This document shows, one piece after another, positions 23,409-37,708 of a stretch of DNA of 64,000 bases (its first letter is position 1; the number at the start of each line of letters is the position of its first letter). The translations under genes and the position numbers were made by a program. The DNA is from Thalia democratica (Eukaryota), in assembly GCA_965202585.1 (NCBI GenBank), contig OZ241830.1, positions 67,766,001 through 67,830,000 on the forward strand. Reading direction: 5' to 3'. Below the pieces are notes generated by a model, which saw nothing but the letters and a program-made list of their open reading frames with translations, was not told the origin of the DNA and did no database searches.

Positions 23409-26400
23409 TCAAACGACGTTGTGTTTGAACAGCACGTAGTTGGCCATCGTGTGGTTGCCCGACTGCCGGTACATCAAGCTGAGGTTGAAGGCGATCTCGT
23501 GCCGGAGGTCGAAGCTGTCCTCGCACACCGCGTCGACCACATTGGCAGGTGGTCCGCACTTCAACGCGTCCTCGTACATGTGCACCGCAAAGTGGTTCAG
23601 CCCGATCTGGTGGAGGGCGCGCCCGATGTTGTACAGCGACTCCTGCTTGTTGTTCCGCAGCTGCCATTTCAAGCATTATACAGGTTTGTTCAAGTTTTAT
23701 TTGAAATATCATGCCAACTGGCCTTTTCAGTTTATATTAAATAACATCATTACTTGAAAGAAGGATATTTTGTGTACTCATTCAAACAGAAGCTGACTAA
23801 AATTTTTTATAAAATTTTAAGTTATTTATTAAGTTATTTTATATGTTTATTGTTATTTAATGCACGAAGTTAGATTTATGTTTGCCGGTATTTATATCCG
23901 ATTGAAATAAGTGCGGGTTAAAAACTGAATTACGAAAAACCTTTATATAGCTTTTAATAATCTTTAATAGTTAACCTAACAATTAAATATTACAAACAAC
24001 TTTGTTTCATTAACTTCAAAAACGTCAGCTTTTAGACTTTATCAAAACAAATATTCTAGCAAGAAAACTAAACATTACCATTGAGGATCTTCAACGTGTT
24101 AAACAATCTTTCAATATAATCAAACCTGGCAATACTTGGCAAGGAGTGCGAAGGCTTGCGCGACATAAGTGTGCTTGTTACCGCAAGTTTTCTGCGTGAG
24201 TATGTGGCAGTAGCAAATTCCCACTATCAAATGCAGTTCCGGATTTTCTTGCTCCTGCAAGTATTCTTGTTATTTATCAGATAAGTTTATTCGTTAGCAC
24301 TGACGAAAGTTGGTTTAAAAAATCTACGTACATTTTCTAAATGAATCTAAAGACATTTTTTAACTGTAAAAGTCTTACTTTAATTTACACATTCACTTTT
24401 TTAATACATTACACAAAGATACTATAAAAGTTTCAAAGATTTATGAATTTTGGATATAAGTAAAATAACGAGCTTAAAAAACTATATACTTTTGGTTTTT
24501 CTCAGAAAGGGATTAAAATTGTTAATTACGTTTAGTTTGCTTATAATTACTTTTTAAAACTTTACTTGGTTTTTAATAAAATATATTAGTGAAGTTTTAT
24601 TTTGTACTGTTCTGTTTTTGATAACTAAAAATTCTCAAAAACCAATAAATTACAGATACATCTACAAAAAATTGTCAAACTTCTTCTAGTAGTTCGATGT
24701 AATAATTAAGTGCAGGTCTGAAGTTATTAGATGCAATATCTCCATGAGCGAACATGCTTTGAAGCGGGTAAACTTTCTTATCTTGTACCTGTAATTGTAT
24801 ACTTGCTTTTCGTGAATGCTTTTAAAAAGAAAACAGATTAATCACTTTGTTTTGCTAGTAATTAATTTTGAAAATAACACAAAAATAACTTTTCATCATT
24901 GCGAAAAACTTTAATTTACTCTGCAATAAAAAATGGTAAACTTAACTAGTCATTAAAATAATACTTTACATTAGCACAAAACAAAAAAGGTCAACATAAT
25001 TTTACTTAATATGCAGCGCATTATTGTTGTAAAAACAATTACTATTGGAGTAAAGTCATAGATAACCAATACTGGGATATAGACAGTATTCAATAAACAC
25101 GTATTTATTATCTTAGATAAAAAACCTTAAACACAAAATTTTCTGCCTTGCAATTAATAATACTTTTCTGCAAATTTTTTTGACACAATACTGACCACCA
25201 TGATTCTGTGGAGAAACCTGTGAGTGTTTTTGAGAACCTTCTGACTGTGAGACATCCTGGTGACCACCTGATTGAATATGTTCCACACGTGGTTCTGCAC
25301 CGATGACTGATCCTCCTTCTTCGACAAGATCACCTTCCTTCAATTGATATGCAACAGGTTTGTATGGAAACAATGTACAGTAAGACAGTGTTTGTATAAA
25401 TGAGGTTAGAATTTCAAACTTATATTTATAAAAAAAAACACAGTCTTTATTTTGGATGCCATTTATAAAAGCACTAAAAGTTTTAATACAGTTTATATTT
25501 TAAAAAGATATATACTAAAATCCAAAATTAGCTGAAAATACTGCTTGATAAGTTTATTTATGTTTGTAAAATTAAAAGTTAATAAAAATGCAGCAAAGTA
25601 TTCATTTTATCTGTAAACAACACAAATAACTTGATTCAAACAAACTTGAGTATTTTGAAGGCGTAATAGTACCACCCGCTCAACAGGCTGAACCTGAACG
25701 AAATAACTTCCAGCTTGCTTCTTGAAATTTGCGCGCGCGAAAAGAAGTTTTTCTCCTTCATAACGTGGTCGCTTATCAAACAGGCCTCCTTGTATCTTTT
25801 GCACGTGTTGAGCAGGTTCAGCAACTCCTTGATTGATAACGTTGATTATATTGGTGGAGTCTTAGCTCGTAAAAGTTTTTGTACTAAAGAAATAATATGC
25901 AGCAAAAATATTAAAATACTTTGGAATATTAAGTTATAAACTGTTTGTATTTAAGAAAGATTTTTTTTTGGTATGATTTAACCTTATATTAAACTTGAGC
26001 TTATCTCACAGCATACAAAGGTCCAGGCTTAAGCTCTGTAGACTTTCGCTGATGTTTTCGTTAAAAAAGAATTGATATACTTTTTAAATTTTTGCATACA
26101 CTTTGAATCAGTTTTTAGTAAATATGGAGTGTTTATACTGTCATAAAACAACAAAATATTATGTTCTAAAACTATCCCTTTTCATTTCCGTAGAAGCAAA
26201 CCTTAATTTAGCCAAAAACATTTATAGAAGAAAATTACTTATAATTTAATACTAACCTGAATGTGTTATAACTTTCAACTTGAATAAGTTTTTAATAATA
26301 CAGTGCTCATTGACTTGTCCGGACATGTTGGGCAATTCTGTAAAGGTATCCGGATAAGCATTTTTCAAGATAAGTACAAAATAAAGTGTTTTATAAAATA

Positions 26401-29400
26401 ATATAACTGCTGTAATTTATGCAATGTAAAATAAATAATAATAGCTCAGCTCTTCTTTTACTGCTTGAAATTTTTTACACTTTACTTTTCAAAATGTCGT
26501 GAAAAGTCGACTCGCCTATGCTAAAATGCTTTATTATAAAAGACTCTAAAACATTGTTTTTCTATCTTTTTACAAACTTCTAGTTTATTTTCAAAGCTTA
26601 TTGCAACTCGTGTTTTTTTTTTATTTTTGTAACTTGTCTATTTCTGAAACCTTGTATGTTGAGTATGTCAAACTTATAAAACTTTTTATTAATAAAAAAA
26701 AATTATGAATTTATCTTAAATATAAATTGGTTCAATTAAGAACTTTTGATAGTTTAAATTAAAAACCAAACATATAAAAACTTTAATATATTAATTTTCT
26801 AAAAAATAAAAATTAAAAACATTATTTTTTAAAACTGATTTACTTTACATATAAAGGTTTCTAATAATTAAACTAGTTTTAAACAAAATTGAACCTAAGC
26901 TTTACTAGTATTATTACGTCATAATCATGTAATAAATTGCAGACCTTATAAAATCATTTTAAATCTTTTACATCATCAAAGCTTAAAAAGTAGTATGTAT
27001 AGCTACTGAATGTTTTTATTTATTTTCTTCTCGACTGAATTTTCCGTATAAGTGAGCGTCCGGATAAGTGAATAAGCATTGTACAACTAAACCATTTTTA
27101 AATAAAAAAATTAGACTCATATTTCAAACTCGCTTTCTAGTGTCAAAAGCAAAACTAAAAGAGTTTCAAATACACCAGCGTTCTAAAACATACCGGTGAA
27201 ACTTTATCAAAACAAACTTTGTAAAAGTCGATCCACTGCCTCTGCTTGAAGACCTGCCAGTCGGCTTTCAGGTACAATTCCTCGTCAATCCTCTGCTTGC
27301 CCGCCCTCTTGCAAGTCACTTTGATCTCGCCTGCGAACGGGTTGGTTGTTTTCCTACTTCGCTTCACTATTGACAGCTGAAAATCATGCTTTCACGTTGA
27401 ATCAGTTTATTTGTACTTATTTTAAAAGTTGTTAAGTGCCCAGACAGTATGAGAAAATTAAAGTTTGATAATTCGGTAAAGACCTTGTAAATAATATATT
27501 TTTTGTTTACACAAAGTAAAGTGAGAAATGAAGAATCAGCATGATATGTAGAAGATAAAATAAGTAATTTTTTTAAGAAAAATTTAACAGATAAAAAAAT
27601 AAAACTTGCATTCAATATGGTCGTCAAAGGTTTTTTTGACAAAATTTTCTAGGTTTTCTAAACTTATTCCAGATATTTTAAATAACAATATTTTGGTTTC
27701 TTTTGGTTTGAAAGTAAATTTAAGGTAAACAACTGACTTAGAATGTATAACAACATTAAAAAGACACTGTAAATCTACTTAAAATATGTTAAAAAAGCAC
27801 TTTATTATTATTTTCTTTTTCTATATGATAGATTTTTGATATATAATCGAAATTTAATTTCTTTGCATGTTAAGTTTCTTTAAAATTCCAGATTTTTTAA
27901 TGATATTTGTTCAAAATTCCAGATTTTCCAGGCTTTTCCCAGATTTCTCAAACTCCAGGTTTTTTTTACAAAATTGTCAAATGTCAGGTTTTTTAACAAC
28001 TCTGATACGAAAATAACCAAACAAAGTACTTTTATATTTATTGGAAAACAAGAAAACTGTCTGTACTAAGCAGAAAAAGTACTAACTGAAATTAACCTCA
28101 GTTTTGAAAGTACTTTTCAGTCTGTTGGCGAGCATAATCAATACAACATCCGCTGCAACTGCTAGCTTCTTTCTGTGACTAATCATGTTTATTAGCATTA
28201 AGGGTATAAGTTAGTTAAGAATTAATAAACATTTTTTTTACTTCCAGTAACTTTAAAAAAAAAATAGTCTATCAGTTGGTATTAGTGATCTATCGTATCC
28301 TAATTTTGTGAATTGGTTTAAGCACTTATAATTGAGCAAAATATTTCTTTAATTTAAAATTTGCTTTAAAGCAGTGTTTCTAATAATATATGTATTAAAA
28401 CTCTATGTTTTCATAATTGGTTATAAAACTTCGGTGCAATTTTTATTATTAAGAAAAACATTCTACGAAAAAAAACATTTTTGAAAACATTTTAACTTAA
28501 TAATTTAACCACAATAAAATAATCTACTGTAAAAAGTATTAATAATACAATTACAAAACAACTAATGTTCGGTTTTTTTTCTATAGTTTCTACACATTAA
28601 GCGTTTCATCAGAACAGAGTTAAAATAAACCTTTTTTAAAGAATCAAAAAATTTCACATTATGACGTTTCAAATAAATTTAAATAACTTCAGTTGGCTAA
28701 TGCATTAGCCAACTAAAACTATTCCAATTTATTTGAAACGTCGTAATGTGTATTGTTTTGATCCTTAAAAAAAATGCTAACTTTGTTATTGTTCTGATGA
28801 AACTACAGTAAACAAACCGAACATTAGTTTTTTTTGTATTATTAATATTAATCTCTGCTTTCGTATCAAAAGATTTGGCTTTTATCGAATAAAAAAACAG
28901 CTCCAAATACTGTTTTAAGTACATAAGTAATCTTCTTAAAATTATCTTTTCCTCATCTAGATTTTATTATACATATTTATTAATAATTTTTAACTTTGCT
29001 AAAGCTAAACAGAACGTAAGGAAAACATTAGACTTCAAATTAGGGTTTCATTATAAAAAAAATACTATTGAACTTTAAATAGCTAACGATTAATTGATGA
29101 ACTCTGAAATTCTATTTAAGCTGATAAAAGTGTTCTGGTAACTCGAAACGGCACAGCTTGTCTTCTTAAACATAAAAACAAACGCGCCAACTTAACATTC
29201 AACAAATAACAAACTTTTTATTGGGATGCTGGCCCCACTTTTTGAAAACTTGGAACCTGCAATTCAGCAGCCTCATCTGGTCTTTGGGTGAAATTTCATT
29301 TTCATTCTCCTCTTTCTCGGCTCCATCTAGTGTCTAAAGTATTATCAAAAAATTAGACACTTTACAAAATCTTAAAAACTTTCAAACAAAAGCAGACTAA

Positions 29401-29701
29401 TTAAACAAGCAAAACACCTCGATGGCGACGCGGTATTCCCCGGTGTCGAGCAAGATGGCGGCCAGCTCCAGCCTGATGTCGACCGAGTCCTCCGCCGATA
29501 TCTGCAGGCACTTGAAAAAATTCTCCTTGGCGCTCTTGTAGTCGTTGAGCTTCAGCAGCGACATGCCCTTCAGCTTGAACAGCTCCTTGCTGGTGGAAAA
29601 GTGCGCGAAGTGGTGCACTTCCAATTCCTCGATCAACCGCAACGATTCGGCGTACTGGCCCGCTTCGAAGCACGCCACGCAAACACTTATCTGCACGTCC
29701 G
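23409..29701 (-). CDS. GTF3C3: GTF3C3 C-terminal half, copy 2 (9 exons)
   Basis: Exons at 29418-29701, ~29257-29333, ~28097-28172, 27218-27376, 25646-25827, 25196-25337, 24681-24788, 24126-24254 and 23409-23660. Frames and splice sites appear intact. Confidence 0.9.
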
Positions 29702-29724
29702 CTGTTTGTCAGGAACTTGTTAAG

Positions 29725-30156
29725 CAGGGTTGCCAAATGATTTTGGCAAGTTTTCTCCAGGTTTTCAAAATTTCTTCCAGGTTTCTAAAATTAGACGTTT
29801 TACGGTCTATTTTCAGATTTTAAATTAAGTTTAAGGTAAAAAACTGTGCCTAATAGTATAACAACATTGAAAAGATTTCTAAAAGCTTCTTTAAATTTGT
29901 TTTTTTATTAAAAAAAATTTGAAGATGACAAAAATGTTTATTTATAAGATAGATTATTTATTTGCAATTAAAACTTTACTACTTGACATTTAAAAGTTGT
30001 TTAAAATACCATACTTTTCAGGTATTTTTAGTGATTTTTACTCAAAATACCAGGTTTTTTTCAAAATTACTCTAATTCAAGGATTTTTCATTTTTTTTTT
30101 ACCTTGAATTTTCAAATTACAAATTTTTCCTGGATTCGAGGTCTTTTGGTAACCTT
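29725..30156. mobile_element. MITE with CAGGGTTGCCA...TGGTAACCTT termini (probably hAT-related)
   Basis: Imperfect 11-bp TIRs and internal ttccaggtttt subrepeats; no TSD seen. Confidence 0.65.
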
Positions 30157-30990
30157 AAAAAAGACATAACTTAACCCTCATATCTTTTAGTATATTAGTT
30201 TACAATAAAATTAAAAAAAATCTTAACTTTGCAGGTATTTTTTTACCTTTATATATAATTATGTATACAATATTAACAACTAGTTTTTTTTTTTGCTTAA
30301 TTTTAAATAGCACTATTTTTAATTTCAAATTGGCCACATAAAAAATTCAAAGTAAATTTTGAGATAAAAGCCAGCGAAGTTGGTGAGCTCAGTAAGTTCC
30401 TTAAAGAAAGAGCAAACCAATAACGCAAAAAAAAAAAGACTATTTCACTAAAAATCTATCTTCTCCTTAAAATACATTCTACTTTTTTACAGAAAGTCCA
30501 TTATCAATATTTAAATATTTTTTAAATACAAAAATATTTTCATTAAAAAAAAAATATTTTTAATATTTTAAAAATTTCAACATTCAAAGTCTTAAAACTA
30601 TAATAGGAACTATTCCTAAAAAATTTTGAGTCTTAAATTTTACAAATGAAATAAAAAAAGATAGATATTTTGTGATTTTAAAAATTCTGAGAAAATTGAC
30701 AATGAAAAATTTGAAACTTTTTACAAAAAATAAAACATCTCAAAATTCTATAATTTTTTACAAAAAATAAAACATCTCAAAATTAAAATAAATTTTTATA
30801 ATATCAAACAGTGGACTCATAACATGAAAAAGTAAAAATTAAGTTTTTGGAATTTTTCTTTGAAAATTTGTAGGTAGAAAGTCAAGGTTCTAAACTAAAC
30901 TGTAAAAAGAACTATATATATATAACAACATTATTAATAATTTTTTAACATCTCTATCTACTTTAAGGTTTTTTTTTGCTAATAAGTTAA

Positions 30991-31677
30991 GGGCATAGGG
31001 GTGTCCGACATTTTTTTTTACAAAAATAACATTGGACCTTATATGAAAGCTTAAAGTACAAACAACAAGCCAGTTTTTATAGAAGTAAAAATTTTTTTTT
31101 TAACTTTTGAGATATTCTAATTTTCATAAAAAGTTTCCAATACAAATGAAAAATTGAAAGTTTTTCTAAGTCAATTTTCTTGGAAATTTAAAACATCACT
31201 AAAAACGTATCTTCTCCTTCATTTTTTGCGATAGAGACCATAAATTTTCAGGAAACGTTCCTTTTGTAGTTTAAAAAAATTGAAAGTTGGAGTTTTTAAA
31301 ATATTAAAAAAATAACTTTAGATAAGAATAAAACAAAAAAAATAGGTGGTTTTTTTTTTTTTTTAAATATTTTATTTTTCAAATTTAAAAAAATTTCAAT
31401 CTTTTTAAAATTTAATAATACACTTGTTTAGAAAATTTGAAGAACATTGCTTTAAAAATGAAGGAGGAGATAGATTTTAAGTGAAATGGTCTTTTTTTGT
31501 GTTTTTAGTTTGCGCCTTTCATTAGAAACCTATTGATGTCACTGACTTTGACTGCTCATATTTTTAAAAATACTTTGAATTTTTTCAAACTGTTAAATTA
31601 AAAATGTGTGATAGCTCGGATAAAACTCTATAAAATAAGATCAACTTGTATAAATCAAGGAGGACCCCCCTATGCCC
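30991..31677. mobile_element. Kolobok-like non-autonomous DNA transposon
   Basis: TTAA|GGGCATAGGGG ... CCCCTATGCCC|TTAA. A TTAA duplication with GG...CC termini fits Kolobok rather than piggyBac (CCC...GGG). Confidence 0.75.
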
Positions 31678-33284
31678 TTAAGCTTATTGTGTAAGTTAAG
31701 AATATTTCATATTCTTGTAATAATTCATAAAACTTTGAAAAGTTCAAAAACAATAGTATTGAGCAGGGATGGGAAACGTATGACGTGTAGACCAAATCTG
31801 CCCGCAAACAGAAATCTGTGGCTGTGAAGTACTTTTTTGGCTTTGCAGAAAACAAATAAAATTCAGTTCTTACTAACAAAAACTATACAATGTATTTTTA
31901 ATTTATTTTTAGTACACAGTTGCTTTTAATGAACCAGTTATTTAAACAATTAGTTTCAAACATTTTTTTTTCTTTGTGGTTGTAAAAATTTTCAAAACTA
32001 CATAGCCCACTAAAACTGCTTTTTAAAAAGTCTAGCCAAAGAGAGAATTTTTTAAGTAAATTTGTTCTAATAACTAAAAAAGTTTTCCACCCTTATTACA
32101 ACAGTACAAAACTTTCTTAGACAAAAATGTAGTATTTGTGCAAACCAACTATGATACAGAAAAACAATGATTAGATTTATTTGATAAAACAAAACCAACT
32201 TGTTTTCATAGAAAACAGAACACATCTGGCTGTATTCTTGCTGTTCAGCATAAGTGTATGTTGAGCTGACAGGCTTCAACTCCAGGCTGACTTCTGTTGA
32301 GTGTGGCTCCTCTGCTTGTGAAACATTCATTTGTTCTTCACCTTCTTATTAATTTAAACTTATTAGATAAGTTTACTAACTATTCTTAAATTGCATTAGT
32401 AAAACATTTACTATATACATTAGTATTTGTATATGTTAGCTTTTTTAAGACTACAATGATGAAATTAAAAAAAAAACTTTTTTATACATATATCTGTACA
32501 GTATTTTTCTCTGAATACTGACCACCAAAACTGTCAAATTTTGTTATTAAAATCAAATGCATACAGTTTTTAATACAATATTTCTAAGTGTACCTCTAAC
32601 AAATAAATACCTTAAATTATCAAAAATGTGTATTTGCTTTATTAGGAAGAATCTTATAAAAAATTGCAAAAAAAAGGTATGCCGGCCAAAAAACTAGTTT
32701 AAACCCTAAAAATCACGTATTTTTCATCTTGAACAGTAATAAAATCACTTATACATGTCCTAGACTTATAATTTATATCTTAAATGAAAGCTTATACTTA
32801 TTGATATAGATTAAAAGACATATTAACTGCTTTTCATGTAATATGACATCATAACCACCCTAAATATACAAACTTTGTCTGTAAAATAATGATTTTTGGA
32901 ATATTGAAAAGCATAGCTGGCTAGTGATTTTAATTAGAAAAAATATTGTAAAAAATAAATTTTTGGGTATATTTACTTACCTTCAAAAGTTTAGGTGATG
33001 TGGTTTGCATGTCAACAGGATACTTGATGAAATAGTTCATTTAGCTTTAAGTGTTTAAAAAACCTTTAAATAATTATTCAATTAGCATTAGAACAAATTA
33101 ATGAGATATTAAAAAGTTATGATTTATTATGGGCAAGTTAATGTTGTATGGCATTAAACATTAAATTAATGATTGTAAAATAAAAACTTTACAAAAAAAT
33201 AAAGAACATTGCAAAATAAATCAAAAAATGTATCATTTTGTATTAACACTTAACATTGTTGCAAATTACTGATACTTTTAGAAG

Positions 33285-33299
33285 TTTATTATTATTAAC

Positions 33300-33346
<47 letters not shown>
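33285..33346. repeat. (ATT)n microsatellite, ~20 units
   Basis: Seen directly; absent from the paralogous position in B1. Confidence 0.95.
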
Positions 33347-34214
33347 GTTATTTTTCAAACTCATTCATGAATATTTTGATAAGTGTGTCTTTATTTAGCA
33401 TTCACTCACTATGCACAAAATGGTTTTTTTATTTTCTACCTGCTTCAAAAAGTTGTTATACCAATGACTACAAAAACTGTATAGTTTTGGCAAATATGGC
33501 AAAACGATTCAAATTAAATAATAACTAAAATGATTTTGCAAAAGTAAAATTTAATGCTATTACCTGATGAGATAAAGGTAAATAAAATAAATCTTGTACA
33601 AATTGTTAAGTAATAAACATATTTAAAACAAAAAGAAAACAATTTTGTAAAATTAAGAGTTAAACGCTTAATTTATATGTCTTTATAAAGTTGTCAATTT
33701 AGTTTATATGAGCTTAATGAATTACTGTTGCTTAAATATCAAACAATATGTTAACCAGTTATCGCCAATGTAGTAAAAAAGGTAGAAACTAAGAAAAACT
33801 TTAAAAAGAATGAATAACAACAATGGAATAAAAACAAATTATTTTTTACAAAAAAAAAAAGTTTAAGGTTTAACATTATGTAAAATAAAAAGCATTTTAT
33901 GTTCGAAAAAGCTAAAAACAACCCTGCCATGCTAAGATAGTGTTTCAATTTGTAGTTTTTATGAATTCTCTAAAGTCTTACATTTTAATGTGACATCACA
34001 ATAAAATAGTACTTTGCAAAATATTTTTTTCAATGAATATTCTTTTGAGAAAAGCACTTGTAGTAAAAACACATTAGATGCTGTAGGTGTAAAGTAACTC
34101 TAAAACTTTTTTTTCTTTTTTATACTGTTTATGTGAGCTTTGTACAACACTTAAGCAAACTCTATTTGATTGTCAATATTTTTGAAGATAAAACTTGATG
34201 ATTGTTGCTCATTT

Positions 34215-34940
34215 TATCTTCTAAAACTCTTATATTTCTACCATGTGTGAGTAAGTTTGAGAAAGCATTTGACCTAGTTTGGCATTCAACAGTCTTGAAA
34301 GTTTATGTTGATAATTTATATTATTTTTCTCATGCAATACCTTTGAAAAAATTTCTTTATTTAATCTTCTAGTTCATCACAGAACCATATATCTTTATTC
34401 ATAAAAATTGTGATAAGTTTTTATACTTACAAGTATGGCATGTTCAGACAAGATCAATTGGCTTGAATGCAGTTACTTAATGCAAAAAAAAATCATCAAG
34501 AGGCTTTAAAAACTTGCATATGAGTCTCTGAAATCTTTGAAACATTATTGTAAAGTGAAATAAGTAGAGAAAAATTCAAAAGAATTCTTATATTTCTATA
34601 TTCTGTGAGTAATTTTAAGCAGGCATTTGACCTATTTTGGCAACCAACTGTCTTGAAAATTTATGTTGACAATCTTTATTAATTTTCTAATGCAAAACTT
34701 TTGAAAAAATCTTTATTTTATCTTCTAATTCATCACATAATGCATATATCTTTATTCATAAAAATTATGACAAGTTTTTATACTACAAGCATGACATGTT
34801 CAGACAAGATCAATTGGCTTGAATGCATTTACTTGATGCAAAAAAAAATCATCAAGAGGCTTAAAAACTTGCATCTCAGTCTTTGAAATCTTTGAAACAT
34901 CATTGTAAAGTGAACTGAGCAGAGAAAAATTCAAAAGAAT
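34215..34940. repeat. ~350-bp tandem duplication containing decayed coding-like sequence
   Basis: gcatttgaccta.tttggca and cagacaagatcaattggcttgaatgca each occur twice, ~350 bp apart. Confidence 0.8.
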
Positions 34941-37176
34941 TCTTATGAAAAAACTTTTGAACCTTAGTAAAATTTTTAAACTCCTAGCTTTTTTCAAAGG
35001 TCTTTATAAGTTGTAACTTTGGCTTTCTCCTACATCTTAAGATTAGGCAATGGATCACACTTTTTTGGAATCTGATTAAAGATGAGTACCTACTACAGCA
35101 GCTGTTGAGGTTAGTTTGTTTAATAGTTAATTAGATTGTTTTAATTTGTGCAAAACTTAGTATTTTTTGCTAGGGTTACCAGTAATACTAGTTGAATATT
35201 CAGTAACAAAGTTAAGATTTTTTTGATATTTACAATAAATCTTGATATTTTGTCTTAAAGTTTTAGATTTTCTATTTATTAATTGTTGAGTCCTTTTGTT
35301 ACTATTAAATTTTTTGAGTTCTCATGCTTGAATAACATTAAACTTTAGATGTTAATTAAGTTTTGCACAAATTCATATTAGCTATTCATAGAGTTGTATC
35401 CTTGGTTTATAAACATATATTTGTTTTGTTGGGCTTCATTCTCCTAACATTACTAGGCTATCTTAAATTAAGAGAAAACTTAAATAAGACTCAAAAATAA
35501 ATAAAATCACTTAAAAGTAGCAACATTTGTGCTAAACTTTATATGCTTGTATAAAGAAGTTTTTTATTCATGAATGAAGCCCAAAGAGACAGCAAGCTAA
35601 TCTAAGTGTAGAAGTTTATTTACAACATAAAAATTAAGTTAATTAGTTCTGATTGTGTTAATGTAGTTTATATACTTATAAATTAATGATTTGTAATAAG
35701 AGTTACTTAAAGTGTGCATAAAAGATAAGTAGGAAAAGTAATTATAAAACAAAAATGTCATTAGTTTCAAAACTGTTTTAATTGTTATAAAGTTTTATTT
35801 ATTCATTTTTTTTACAAAAGAAAACAGTTAAACCATATCAGGAATAGGTTTGCTAGTAAATAAAATGTTCCAAAAATTTAATTTTAAACTCATATATTTA
35901 CAAAGCAATTCACAGCAAGCAAAACTTAAAAGTTGTTAGTGCATATTTGTATGAGGTTTATTCTCACCTTTTTTTAATTTTTCTCTTCTTCTATCACCAA
36001 CTTCTTTCTGTTCTTTTATCTATAAATAATTTCTTTTGTTCATATGTTTGCACTAATAAGCATTTATCAACAACTTGCTGTATTGTTTTTATGTATATGA
36101 CAAATGTAAAGACTCAATTTTGGTAATAGTATAAATATACAGCCATAAAGATTTCAAATGATGCAAGTATTTGACAAACTTTGAAATGAACTACAGGCTA
36201 ATAAACATATGTTATTGACACAAAGTAGTATGGTTAAACTGTTTTAGTTTGTAACAATGTATTGAAATGATAAGTTCAAAACATCAAACACCTTTAATTT
36301 GTATGCACACTTTAAGAAACACACAAAAAGTTGTCTGGGATCAGTGATTAAACAAAGCAATTAAGTAAGCATTCAAAGTCTATTAGTGAATATATAAAGT
36401 ATACTAGTTAATAAGTAGTGATGGTAGTAACAGCGCAAACCTTTGTATTTATTAGATTGCTAAATAATTACTTTACAATGAGACCAATTTAACTATCATG
36501 GATAAACTTTAGCTTAATAAGTTACATGACAAGTAAAGTGATATCCTTTAGTAGGAACAGTATAAAACTGAAGTTAACAAGAATATAAACAATTTTTTAC
36601 AATTTTAAAGTTTTATTTGACAAAAGTATAGTTACTACTTGAATCAAAGTAATTTTAACTGTTTAGATGAATCTCAAGTGGTTTTTTATTTTTGATTAAT
36701 TTAAGTTTTATACTGTTTTTAAAAGGTTATCTAAGTAAAATCAATTTACATAAGCAAGTTAACTGACTATTGTTTAAATGTATACATAGAAAACAGTTTA
36801 ATCATATAAATAGATTTGTCAATGTACACATTTAAAAGGTCTGTAGTTTCTGTCTTTTTATATTTGCTTTATTTTCTGTCATTAAAAAGTACACCTATCT
36901 ATGGGGTTGATGAACTGTTTTCCATGTATATGTAAAACATTAGGTACTTAACCAGGATGATGTAGTATCTGTATTCATTTGTTTTTGGGTTTTAACCCTA
37001 ACTTAAACATGTAGTTTTAGCAAAATAAAGGCATCTATAAGGTACGCATTCTAAGTATTACGCACTAGTTTTTTAATAACACTTTCTCTGTTATAAGTAA
37101 AGATTTTCTTTAAGTACTACGCACTAAATTTTTAGTAAAACATTATTTGCATTAGTTAAATAGGTTTTCTAAAATA

Positions 37177-37410
37177 AGGTACGCACTAAATTTTTCAGGC
37201 CCCCCACCCATTTTTGAAAAAAATGGGGATTTCCCCAAACCGAAAATGTGATGGGATTTTTTGATGGAGATTATTTAAATTTATTTTTGAAGGCATTTCG
37301 CCGGCGGAGCCGGCGAAAAATTTTTCACATTTTTCTTTTCTCTTTTTCTGCACGGCCTTTTTTCTTGAAGGCCACCTTTTTCTGTCAAATGGACCGTGAG
37401 TAGCGTAACT
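37177..37410. mobile_element. GC-rich MITE-like element with imperfect TIRs
   Basis: aggtacgcact ... agtagcgtaactg, with an internal cgccggcggagccggcg hairpin of a kind common in invertebrate MITEs. Confidence 0.4.
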
Positions 37411-37603
37411 GCCAAACAAATATACGTTATTGCGTTGTATTTGTACGGTCTTTATCTGTTATCTTTTACTAACCTTGAGCTTATGTGATCTAACTTGTCA
37501 ATGTATAACCATTAAAGGCCTGACGGTAATATCAGTTATAGTTTTTCAATTATTAACTGAGTGGTTTTATGTTTATGAGTTTGAAAGTTAAGTTTAAGGT
37601 AGC

Positions 37604-37708
37604 GGACAAGAATTAAAAAAAAACAAAGGGCTACGGCCGGTCGATGACACGGTGCTTCGCACCTGTCATCTCTCCGGCCTGCCCTTAGTTTTTTTTTAAT
37701 TCTTGTCC
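37604..37708. other. 105-nt foldback hairpin
   Basis: Perfect 21-bp outer arms GGACAAGAATTAAAAAAAAAC/GTTTTTTTTTAATTCTTGTCC; inner stems AAGGGC, GGCCGG, GATGACA and GGTGC closing a TTC loop. Confidence 0.85.

Larger units (their letters stand above)
21237..34314. repeat. Tandem duplication unit K+B, copy 2
   Basis: Colinear with 8292-21141; continues into unique region C. Confidence 0.95.

Noticed and set aside
34260-34300. Plus-strand FEKAFDLVWH resembling a LINE reverse-transcriptase motif
   Set aside because: Isolated, with no flanking RT motifs, and antisense to a competing minus-strand reading; unresolved, so not called.
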